From positions 199,022,001-199,086,000 of the forward strand of contig NC_086100.1 of assembly GCF_963921235.1 (NCBI RefSeq): DNA of 64,000 bases, given 5' to 3'. Position numbers and translations under genes: made by a program. The stretch is from Mobula hypostoma. Its lineage: Eukaryota. Below are positions 23,830-35,024 of this stretch, in pieces. The notes under the pieces were generated by a model. That model was not told the origin of the DNA. It saw only the letters and a list, made by a program, of their open reading frames with translations, and did not search any database. Positions within the stretch are counted from its first letter, which is position 1; each line of letters begins with the position of its first letter.

Positions 23830-26739
23830 GCTTAAACGTTTCCTATCCACGTTCCTGTCCAAAGGCCTTTTAATTGCACCCACCTCTACCATTTTATCCA
23901 TGCACTCACCGCCCTCTGCCTCTCAGGTAGCAAATCATGCACAAATCAAAACAGAAACATGCCCAAGATCACCCCAGGACACCATTACTGCAGGTGAGTA
24001 ACATCAACCACGTACAATGACAGCATTCACAACGCATCTCATCACGCTGCTTGCTTTTTTATTTTTTTTCATCATTTGAACAATCTACCTTCTTTTGCAC
24101 TTTGGTTGTTTGCCAGCCTTTTGTGTACAGATTTTCATAAATTGTACTGCATTTCTTTATTTTCCTGCAAATGCCTGTAAGAAAATGAATCTCACAACAG
24201 CATATGCTGACATATGTACTCTGATAATATATTTACTTTGACTTTGACCTTCAGGTGTGTTATTGGCTACACCTTGCCTGGGATACTCAGAGGTTGTGAC
24301 AGGTGCGACAAAAATGCAAGGCTTTCATCAAGGTGTAACAAAATCAAACCCTCCATGCTGAAGAATAAATCAGGAGAGATTATCCAAAACACCGTTAGAA
24401 TGTTACCGTAAGGGAAGAGTTAAACATGATTCCTCCTTGTTGTGTTAAAATAAAATGGAAATCAGTAAGCAAAAGGGTGTAAGCTTAAGAGTGGGATTGT
24501 TTTGAGGATGGGCAAGATAACCAGTGCACAGCGATGGTTTGAGAAAGTTAAGGGAGGACGTCTACAGCCACAATAGTGGATAATGGTGAAAAACAGAGGG
24601 AAGGCGAGGTCATTGTGAGAGTGCAGGTACCAAATGCACGGGAAAGTACCAGCGGAAGGAGCTTTGAAGGATATAAAAAGGGGCACTTTTTTCACAACGG
24701 GGAGAGCTTTTCTTAGGCTAGGTCCAAGCTGGGCCAGTACTAAGAAGATAGGGACAAGTACATTGAGAGGGTTAGAGTATGTCAAGTTAAAGACATAGAC
24801 AGCAAAGGCTGTATCAAGTTTGTTGGCCTTCAGCAGATCAGCCAGCTGGTTTAGTGGATGATAAGTATTTTGTTTTCTGTACTAATACACTGCAGATATT
24901 TGTTTTTCTTTCTGTACAGTATTGCATTTGTGCTAGTTCTAAAAGTGTTTCCTTCTGACCATCAACACTTGTGCAGTGTCTCCAATGTCGCAAATCAGAA
25001 AAAAACACAAAATTAATTTTAAATATTTTCATTACAGCTACGCTTTACGGAAGCTGAGAGTTTAGGTTATTTACCCAGACATTTCTCCAGCTTTGAACCA
25101 ACATTTTAATATTGCTAGTCACACAATACGCCTGAAATGTTTTACGATATTCTAAAGATGCCTCACTAGATTCAAACTTTATCCATTGCTTTCCTTTCAC
25201 CGGGCACAATTACAACGCAACTATCAAATATGATTTGCCTTGACCACTGACTCTCAGTAGCTACTCTGCCCGTGACTGGAAGAAACCGCAGACAGTTGTG
25301 ACACAGCTCAGCACAGCCATGGCCACCAGCCTCCTCTCCACGGCCTCTGGCTACACTCTTCGAAAACATAGCCAGTACGATCAAACAGCCTATCCACCAC
25401 GGACACTCTCTCTTCTTCCCTCTGCCATCAAAATCCTCATCCTAGTCTCACACGTTACGCATTGTAAAGTCTCACACTTCCTCTAACACTGTATTCTGCA
25501 TTCTGTTATTGATGCACTGTAGTGGTGAACTGATCTGTATGGATAGTATGCATAACAAAGAAACACAGAACACTCCAGCACAGTACAGGCCCTTCGGCCC
25601 ATGATGCTACACCGACCCTTTAACTATTTCAAGTTCAATCTAAATCTAACCCTTCCCTCCCACATAGCCCTCCATTTTTCTATCATCTACATACCTATCT
25701 AAGAGTCTCTTAAAGATATGTCCATAACGTTTCTACTCCTACCACTACCCCTGGCAGCACATTCCACACATCCATCTATCTCTCTATTAAAAAAACACTT
25801 ACCTCTGACACCTTCCCCATACTTTCCTCCAATCACCTTAAAATTCAGCGCTCTTGTATTAGCCATTTCTGCCTCGGGGGGAGAAAAGCCTCTTGTCTCA
25901 TGTGACAATAGTAAATCAATTTCCCTCTCCTTAGGATCTTTCCAGAACTAATTATGCTCCGAGTTTTTGCTTGAACTATGTTTCCAAACGACTAAGGGCA
26001 GTTTGTCACAATCTGCCCAAACCACTGTATGCAGTATAACCATTGAGCACATCAACATGAAATGCTGTTGTGGAAAAGCAGCAACCATCATCAGAGATCC
26101 TCACCACCCAGACCATGCTCCAGTCTCACTGCTGCCATCAGGTAGATGGTACAACAGCCTCAGGACTCACACCACCAGACTCAAGAACAGTTATTACCCC
26201 TCAACCATCAGGCTCTTGAACCAGAGGGGAAAACTTTACTCAACTTCACCTGCCCACCCATTGAAGTGTTCCCACAACCAATCCTCTTGCTTTAAGGATT
26301 CTTCATCTTGTTATTTTGTGTTCGCATTATTTAGTGCTATTTATTTATATTTACATTTGCACAGTTCGTTGTCTTCCGCATTCTGGCTGATCTTTCATTG
26401 ATCCTGTTATAGATAATATTTACTGAGTATGCCCACAGGAAAATGAATTCAGAGTTGACATATATGTACCTTGATAATAAATTTTCTTTGAACTTTATAA
26501 ACACAAGGGATTCTGCAGATGCTGGAAATCCACAGCAACACACACAAATGCTGGAGGAACTCAGCAGGTCAGGAGGCATCTATGGAGAGGAATAAAGAAC
26601 TCTCTATTCCACTCCATAGATGTTGCCTGACCTGCTGAGTTCCTCCATCCATTCCTGTGCAAAATTCTACGAACGCTGGAGATTTTAGCAACAGACACAA
26701 AATGCAGGAGGAACTCAGCATATCTATGGAGAGGAATAG

Positions 26740-26775
26740 AGTCGACATTTCAGGTTGGGACCCTTCATCAGGACT
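26740..26775 (-). ncRNA. Second minimal hammerhead motif with intact core
   Basis: AGTC-CTGATGA-AGG-GTCCCAA-CCT-GAAA-TG-TC-GACT. Only the ACGT palindrome has changed, to ATGT. Confidence 0.65.
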
Positions 26776-27251
26776 AATGGAGACACTTCACCTCAATGAA
26801 GGGTCTCTGACTGAAACACTGGCTGTTCATTCTGCTTCACAGATGCGGCCTCATCTGCCGAGCCCCCCGCCCCCCCAGCATTTTGAACGCACTGGGCGGC
26901 AGGGTAGTGTCATTGTTAGCACGGTACTTCACGGAACCAGTGACCCAGGCTCACTTCCCACTGCTGTCTCTAAAGAAAATTTATGTTCTCCCTGTGACCA
27001 CGTGGGTTTCCTCCGGGTGCTCCAGTTTCCTCCCACAGTCCAAAGATATACTGGTAGGGAGGTAAATTGCCCTGGTGATTAGGCTGGGATTAAAATCGGG
27101 GTATTGCTGGGCGCCGAGGCACAAAGGGCCGGAAGGGCCTATTCCACGCTTTACCTCAATATTTTTTAAAAATGACACCAAAGGAAGTTTTACCCTGGGT
27201 GACAAAAGGGTGCATGCAATCAGCATTTGGCAACACCTTCTCCTCACTCAT

Positions 27252-28079
27252 TCCAGGACCTTTTTTTAAATGACCTCTAACCACCTCCTTCATGAAACTT
27301 CCAGTTCTTCACCATCATTCTGAAGGTAATATAAACTATTCTGATTATGACAACTCTCATCCATACAAAGCCCACCTTCAAACCCTGGTAACATCCTCAC
27401 CAACTGCTCCTGCTTGCTGCTGTTCAACCTTTAGCTCAGTCCTCGGAGAAGCCAGACATCCACAATCAACTCAGTTGTAGATGGGATATCAGCTCCCACA
27501 CAGCGTGGGTCCATCTCCTGGAGAGGAAGAAAGTACCAAGTGTGGGCAGGTAAAGACATATCAGGTGCCAGCTCGGGGTGTTGGAGTTCTAAGTTCAATT
27601 CCAAGAACATTTGTATGGAGTCTCTGTGCATCCCTATGGAATGCATGGGTTTCCTCCAGGTGCTCTGGTTTCCTCCCACAGTGCAAAGACGTAGTGGGTA
27701 GGTTCATTGACCAGTGTGATTAGATTAGGGTTAATTGGGTTTGTGGTATTGCTGGAGGGGTGTGGTACTCTAAATAAATAAAATTATTTATTTGTTTCCG
27801 TATTTCCCATTGCAACCCACGCTGTGTGGGAGCTGATATCCCATCTACAACCGAGTTGATTGTGGATGTCTGGCTTCTCCGAGGACTGAGCTAAAGGTTG
27901 AACAGCAGCAAGCAGGAGCAGTTGGTGAGGATGCTTCCAGGGTTTTGCAGGGCTTGAAGGTGGGTTTTGTATGAATGAGAGTTGTCATGGTCAAAATAGT
28001 TTATATCACCTTCAGAATGGTGAAGAAATGGAAGTTTCATGAAGGAGGTGGTTAGAGGTCATTAAAAAAAGGTCCTGGA
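27252..28079. repeat. Long inverted duplication: arms 27252-27510 and 27815-28079, ~305-bp spacer
   Basis: Direct reverse-complement comparison: the inner ~119 bp differ at one base, while the outer part has several substitutions and indels. Confidence 0.95.
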
Positions 28080-28154
28080 CAGGAGATGTTGCCATTTGTT
28101 CCACCATAATCTGGTGCCCACATCTTTTGCCAAGCAGCCTCACACATTGTTCCA

Positions 28155-28715
28155 CCCTGAGGGGCAGATCCCTCCCTTCTGCCTCCACAATGAGGGGCAG
28201 ATCCCTTCCTCTGTTCCGCTCTCACCCTGTGGGGCTGATCCCTCCCTCCCGCCCCTACCTGTGGGGCAGATCCCTCCCTTCTGCCCCCACCCTGTGGGAC
28301 AGATCCCTACCTCCCACCCTCACCCTGTGGGGCAGATCCCTCCCTCCCACCCTCACCCTGTGGGACAGATCCCTCCCTCCCTCCCGCCCCTACCTGTGGG
28401 ACAGATCCCTACCACCCGCCCTCACCCTGTGGGGCAGATCCCTCCCTCCCGCCCTCACCCTGTGGGACAGATCCCTCCCTCCCGCCCCTACCTGTGGGAC
28501 AGATCCCTCCCTCCCTCCCGCCCCCACCTATGAGGGAGATCCCTACCTCCCACCCTCACCCTGTAGGGCAGATCCCTCCCTCCGCCCCCAACCTGTGGGA
28601 CAGATCCCTTCCTCCCGCCCTCACCCTGTGGGGCAGATCCCTCCCTCCCTCCCGCCCTCACCCTGTGGGGCAGATCCCTCCCTCCGCCCCCAACCTGTGG
28701 GGCAGATCCCTCCCC
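28155..28715. repeat. GC-rich minisatellite with ~29-34-bp unit (ccctcaccctgtggg(g/a)cagatccctccctc)
   Basis: Repeated cagatccct core. It produces the repetitive PHPVGQIPPS pseudo-ORFs in the track. Confidence 0.95.
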
Positions 28716-28727
28716 TTCGCCCATTAC

Positions 28728-28779
28728 CATCTTCCAGCCACCAGGACGGGTCGATGTGATCGTGGTCCCTGTCGCTCAT
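28728..28779 (-). CDS. Candidate first coding exon (MSDRDHDHIDPSWWLED) within the CpG island
   Basis: gccgacATG at 28779, 17 codons + 1 nt, donor ATG|GTAATG at 28728/28727. Lies directly downstream of the promoter motifs. Phase 1 is compatible with exon 1619-1803. Confidence 0.55.
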
Positions 28780-29050
28780 GTCGGCAGTGGGCGTGATGCG
28801 TACTGCTGTCCCTGCCCGCGATGCCACTCATCGGGCCGGCCTTGGGCTCCGGGCTGGCGCCGCCACTGCCCCAAGCCCTCGGGCCTCACAACATCCCCAC
28901 CGGAGGTGGAAATGACGTATCATCGGAGCCCGCCCGCCCGGACAACTGTGCACATGGCATTTGAGCGATCCGTGCTCAATTGAAGGCTGCGGCGGCCATC
29001 TTTGAGACGGGCAGCCTACAGCTTGACTTCCCCTCGGTGTCTTGGTACAA
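28740..29050 (-). promoter_or_regulatory. CpG-island promoter with ETS/CRE-like, GC-box and YY1-like motifs
   Basis: Dense CpGs in a CpG-depleted background. GGAAATGACGT at 28908-28918, CCCGCCCGCCC near 28930, GCGGCCATCTT at about 28992-29002. A splice donor follows on the minus strand. Confidence 0.7.
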
Positions 29051-29534
29051 TGCGATTCAATCCGCTCTGAATTCAGTCAGAATGAGGTTCATTATCCTGA
29101 CATTTGTCGTGAAATATGTTGTTTTGTGGCAGCAGTAAGGTGCAAGCATAGCTAATTATTATAAACCCCAATAAAAATAAATAGAGGAATAGCGGGGCAG
29201 TGTTCATTCATGGTAATATTGTGTTCAAGGTAGTGTTCATGGGTTCATGGTCTGTTCAGAAATCTGTGGTACAGGGGAAGAAGTTTTTCCTGAAACGCTG
29301 AGTGCGTGTTCTTCAGGCTCCTGTACCACCCCACCCAACCCCCGGGTGATAGTAATGAGAAAAGGGCATGTCCCAGGTGGTGAGGGTCTTTAGTGAATCC
29401 CCAATTTCTTGGGGATTCAGTCGCCTTTCAGAGATGCCCTCCGTGGTGGGGTGCAGTTTGCCACTGATATTTGGTTGCATAATTGCAAACTTATCAATAG
29501 TTGCATGCATGGACACCAAAAGCAAATTCCTAAG

Positions 29535-32500
29535 AATCATAGTACAGTACAAAATGGGCCCTTCAGCCCATCTAGTCCATGCTGACATCACTTAATCTGC
29601 CTACTCCCATTGACCTGCACCGGACCATAGCCCTCCATAGCCCTACTATCCACATACCTATCCAAACTTTGCTTAAACATTGAAATTGAGCTTGTGGGCA
29701 CCACTGGTGCTGGAAGCTCATTCCACACTCTCACAACCCTCTGAGTGAAGAAGTTTCCCCTCATGTTCCCCTTAAACTTTTCACCTTTCGCCTTTAACTC
29801 TAATCTAATCTAATCTTATCTAATCTAACTCATAACCTCCAGTTCTAGTCCCACCCAAGCTCAGTGGAAGAAGCCTGCTTGCATTTACCCTTCCATACCC
29901 ATCAGAATTGTGTATACCTCCGTCGAATCTCCCCTCAATCTTCTATGTTCCAAGGAATAAAGTCCCAATTTATTCAATCATTCCCTAAAACTCAGGTCCT
30001 CCAGACTCGGCAACATCCTTGTAAATTTCATCTTTCCTGTAGGTAGGTGACCAAAAGTGCAAACAATACTCCAAATTACACCTCACCGACATCTTATACA
30101 ACTTCAATATAACACCCCATCTCCTATACTCTATACGTTGAATTATGAAGGCCAATGTGTTAAAAGCTTTCTTTACGACCATCTACCTGTGATGCCATCC
30201 ATCTGTGATGATTATGGACCTGTATTCCCAGATTCTGTTATTTTTATCACACTCCTCGGTGTGATACTGTAAACTGTGTAAGTCCTACCCCGGTTGGTCC
30301 TACCAAAGTGTAATACCTTGCACTTGTCTGCATTAAATTCCACCTGCCATTTTCAGCCCATTTTAGCTTCTGATCCAGATCCCTCTGCAAGCCATGATAG
30401 CCTTCCTTACTGTCCACTACACCGCCAATCTTGGTGTCATCCGCAAGCTTGCTGATCCAGTTATCATCCAGATCATTGATATAGATGACTATATTGATAT
30501 ATTTAACTATTTATGGTTTTATTACTATTTAATTATTTATGGTGCAACTGTAATGAAAACCAATTTCCCCCGGGATCAGTAAAGTATGAGTATGGCTGTG
30601 ACTATGACTATGACAAACAACAATGGAGCCAGCACTGATCTCCACTAGTCACAGGCCTCCAGTCAGAGTGCCACCCATCTACTACCACCGTCTGGCTTCT
30701 CCCAGAAATGCAATGTCTGCTACCTTATCTTGAATACCGAGCAACTGAACCTTCTTGACCAGCCTCCCATGCAGGACCTTGTCAAAAACCTCGCCTTCAT
30801 TCACTTTCCTGGTAACTTCCTCATAAAACTCTGTAAGATCAGTTATACATGACATGCTACACATGAAGCTATGCTGACTGCCCTTAACCAGTCCATGTCT
30901 ATCTAAGTACCTTCCAATAACTTTCCCACAACTGACGTCAGACTCACCGGCCTATAATTTCCTGGATTATGTTTAGAGCCATTCTTAAACAGTGGAACAG
31001 CACTGGCTATCCTCCAATCCTCTGGCACCTCACCTGTCACTAAGGATGATTTAAATATCTCCGCTAGGGCCCAGCAATTTCTGCACTTCTGTAGGGTCTG
31101 AGGGAACACCTCTGGGGATTTATCCTGTTGATTTGCCTCAGGGTAGCAAACACATCCTCCTCTGTCATCTGTATAGGGTCCATGAAGTTGACGACGCTTT
31201 GCCTCACATCTGTAGACTCTGTGCCCAATTCCTGAGTAAATACAGATGCAAAAATATATTTAAGATCTCCCCCATCTCTTTTGGCCCCACACTTGGAGCC
31301 CACCATTCTGATCTTACAGAGGACCAGTTTTATCTCTTGCAATCCTTTTGCTCTTAACATACATAGAACATAGAAATTTACAGCACATTACAGGCCCTTC
31401 AGCCCACAATGTTGGGCCGACCATGTAACCGACTCTAGAGACTGCCTAGAATTTCCCTTGCAGGGTTTGAAGGTAGGTATTTTTCTAAGCTCCATGTACT
31501 TACCTAAGAGGCTCGTAAAAGACCCTATTGTATCCACTTCCACCACCACCGCCGGCAGTGCATTCCACGCACTCACCACTCTCTGTGCGAAAAACTTACC
31601 CCTGACATCCCCTCGGTACCTATTTCCAAGCACCTTAAAACTATGCCCCCTCATGTTAACCACTTCAGCCCTGGGAAAGAGCCTCTGGCTATCCACACGC
31701 TCAATGCCCCTCATCATCTTATGCAGTTCTATCAGGTCACCTCTCATCCTCCATCACTCCAAGAATAGAAGAAGGCCAAGTTCACTCAACCTATTCTCTT
31801 GAACAGTCCCATGGTCGATGAAGGCCAACATACTACACGCCTTCTTAACAACACTGTCAACCTGCGCAGCAGCTTTGAGTGGCCTATCGACACAGAACCC
31901 AAGATCTCTCTGACCCTTCACACTGCCAAGAATCTTACCATTTATACTATATTCTGTCTTCAAATTGGACCTACCAAAATGAACCACTTCATATTTATCT
32001 GGGTTGAAGTCCATCTGCCACTTCTCAGCCCAGTTTTGCATCCTATCGATGTACCACTGTAACCTCTGACAACCCTTCAGACTATCCATAACATCCCCAA
32101 CTTTTGTGTCATCAGCAAATTTACTAACCCGTCCTTCTACTTCTTCATCCAGGTCACTTATAAAAATCACAAAGAGGAGGGGTCCCAGAACAGATTCCTG
32201 GGGAACACCACTGCTCACCGACCTCCATACAGAATACGAACCATCGACAACCACTCCTTGCTTTCTGTGGGCAAGCCAATTCTGGATCCCCAGAGCAAGG
32301 TCTCCTTGGATCCCATGCCTCATTACTTTCTGAATGAGCTTCGCATGGGGAACCTCATCAAATGTCTTACTGAAATTCATATATACTACATCCACTGCTG
32401 TAAAACCCCTTAAGATTCTCCTTCACCTTGTCTGCTAGAGCATCTTCATGCCTTCTTTTAGACTTCTTGATTTCTTTCTTGTGTTCTCTTGAATTTCTGA

Positions 32501-33300
32501 TACTTCTCACCTCATTTATTCCTTCCTGCCTACACCTGCTATGCACCTCCTTTTTTTCTCTTAACCAGAGCCTCAATATCTCTTGAAAACCAAGGTTCCC
32601 TAAACCTGTTATCTTTATCTTTTATTCTGACAAGTACGTGCAAGCTTTGAACTCTCAAAATTTCACTTTTGAAGGACTCACACTTAACAGGTACACTTTT
32701 GCCAGAAAACAGTTTTTGCCAATTCACACTTGCCAGATCCTTTCTGATACCATCACTGTTGGCCTTTCTCCAATTTAGAATCTCAACACGTGGATCAGAG
32801 CTATCTTTTTGCATGTTTACTTTGAAACTAATAGCATTGTGATCACTAGATGCAACGTGTTACCCTACACCTGCCCTGTCTTATTCCCTAATAGCAGATC
32901 AAGTATCGCATACTCTCTCATTGGACTTCTACGTACTGATTTAGAGAACTTTCCTGAACACTTTTGAAAAGCTCTCTCCTATCTAGTCCTTTTACAGTAT
33001 GGGAGTCCCAGTCAATATTATATGGAAAGTTAAAATCACTCACTATAACAACCTTATGTTTCTTGCAACAGTCTGCGATCTCTTCACAAATTCGTTCCTC
33101 TAAATCCTGTGGACTGTTGAGTGGTCTGTAATGTAGTCCCATTGACGTGGTCATACCTTTCTTATTTCTCAGTTACACCCATAACGCCTCACTAGACAAG
33201 TTCTCCAGTCTGTCCTGATGGAGCACTGCTGTGACATTTTCCTGACTGGTACTGCCATCCCTACTCCTTTAATTCCACAATTTCTGCCATCTAAAAGAAT
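29535..33300 (-). mobile_element. Long degenerate CR1 LINE (endonuclease to 3' end) with a younger CR1 nested at about 31360-32400
   Basis: VIVSDFNFP, NWRKAN, NYRPVSLTSVVGKLLE, SGVPQESVLGPLLFVIFI, KFADDTK and GKFFAQRVVSAWN. Confidence 0.9.
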
Positions 33301-33315
33301 GGCATTCTTGCATAC

Positions 33316-34168
33316 TGTTACGTACCCCGTAACTGGGTTGTCAAACCAGCAGAAATGGAACACTCATTGGAGTCTGTGATTACTATAACCTAATAAAGTT
33401 TTATTAACAAAAATAAGTAATACAGTACACTAACTGCAAGGATATAAATGTAACAGGTTAGCAATGATAGTATACACATATACACAGAAATAGGGTAATA
33501 GGAATCAACCAAGCTCTATCGCAGTCTAGGGGTAAAATGATCAGTCTTAAGGTGAAGCAGAGTTCAGTTCAGTCTAGTGTAGTTCGAAGTAATCGCTGTT
33601 GTTGTACCATTGGAGAGAGAGAATGAGAGATACAGTTGAGGTTTCAGGCAAACCTTTCGATGCCTTCTGATCCCGCTGTGGTCACCGACTGTGACCCCTT
33701 CGATCTGGATGCGACCGTTCTTCCGTGGTGAACCCGGCATCCAGGCAAGGGCGGACACACAACAGGTCCCCACCGGTCGTACCTTTACACCCCGTGAGCC
33801 TCTGGCCGATTCCCGTGAATCAGTCCTCCAAACTCCCACCAACTTGTGGGGCACAATGCTCTTTCCAGGGTCTCGTGGCGTGTGTGTCTTGTGCCTTAGC
33901 AAACCCGCTATTTTTATCCCCCTGATGGGGTATCACCTGTCCATCAAACTTCACACTTGCTATTGTCTCAGCAGGACCATTAATGAACAGGTCAGGTTCA
34001 AAGCAAACTGTCTGTGGCAGACGCCAACGTACTGAATTATGTGTCTCTCTCTCGTTATCTCTCTCTTCTCTCTTATTAGCATTTTGAATGGCTCTCCTTT
34101 TGTCCCTCATTATCTCTCTCTCATTAACAGCATCTGTTCTGCTGCTCTGCTTGGCTTCACACATGACA
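33316..34168. mobile_element. Solo LTR (Gypsy-like)
   Basis: TGTTA...TGACA termini and a 4-bp TSD ATAC at 33312-33315 and 34169-34172. CpG-rich with no coding content. Confidence 0.8.
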
Positions 34169-35024
34169 ATACTCTTTAGACATATATAGAATTGGAATCG
34201 GTTTATTTTTGTCGTATGTACCAAAATAAAGTGAGAATCTTGTTCTGCATACTGTTCATACAGATACATACGTGTGCACATAGTGAAACAATAAACTACA
34301 GAGAGAGCAGTGCAGGTGGACAATACAGTGAAAGATCATAAACGAAGTAGTTTGAGGTCAAGACTCAATCTACTGTACCAGCGAACCATTCAATAGTCTG
34401 GAGCCTGGTGGTACCTGCTTTGGTTTCTTCTGGCTGATAGGACAGGGGGCAGGGGGAGAGAAAGAGAATGTCCATGGACTGTGAGGTCTTTGATTATGTT
34501 GGCTGCTTTACTGATGCAGTTTGTGTAGTTGGTGTGGGCATGTGGCCAAGTGGTTAAGACATTGGACTAGCGACCTGAAGGTCGTGAGTTTGAGCCCCAG
34601 CCGAGGGAACGTGTCGTGTCCTTGAGCAAGGCACTTAACCACACATTGTTCCACAACGACACCGGTGCCAAGCTGTACGGGTCCTAATGCCCTTCCCTTG
34701 GACAAAATTGGTGTCGTGGTGAGGGGAGACTTGCAGCATGGGCAACTGCTGGTCATCCATACAAACTTGCCCAGGCCTGTGCCCTGGAGAGTGAAGACTT
34801 TCCAGGTGCAGATCCATGGTCTCGCAAGACTAACGGATGCCTTTGATAAGTGTAGTCAGAATCTTTGGAGGGGAGGCTGGTTTCTGTGATGTGCTGAGCT
34901 GTGTCCACAACTCTCTGCAGTTTCTTGAGGTCAGAAGCAGAGCAGCTGCCGTACCAGGCTGTGATGTACCTGGAATGGAAGCTTTCTATCGTGCATCGAT
35001 AAAAATTGATAGCATCCTACAATG

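Noticed and set aside
28096..28796. Long Pro-rich repetitive ORFs (PHPVGQIPPS / LWDRSLPP)
   Set aside because: They arise from the stop-poor minisatellite, which is open in several frames on both strands.
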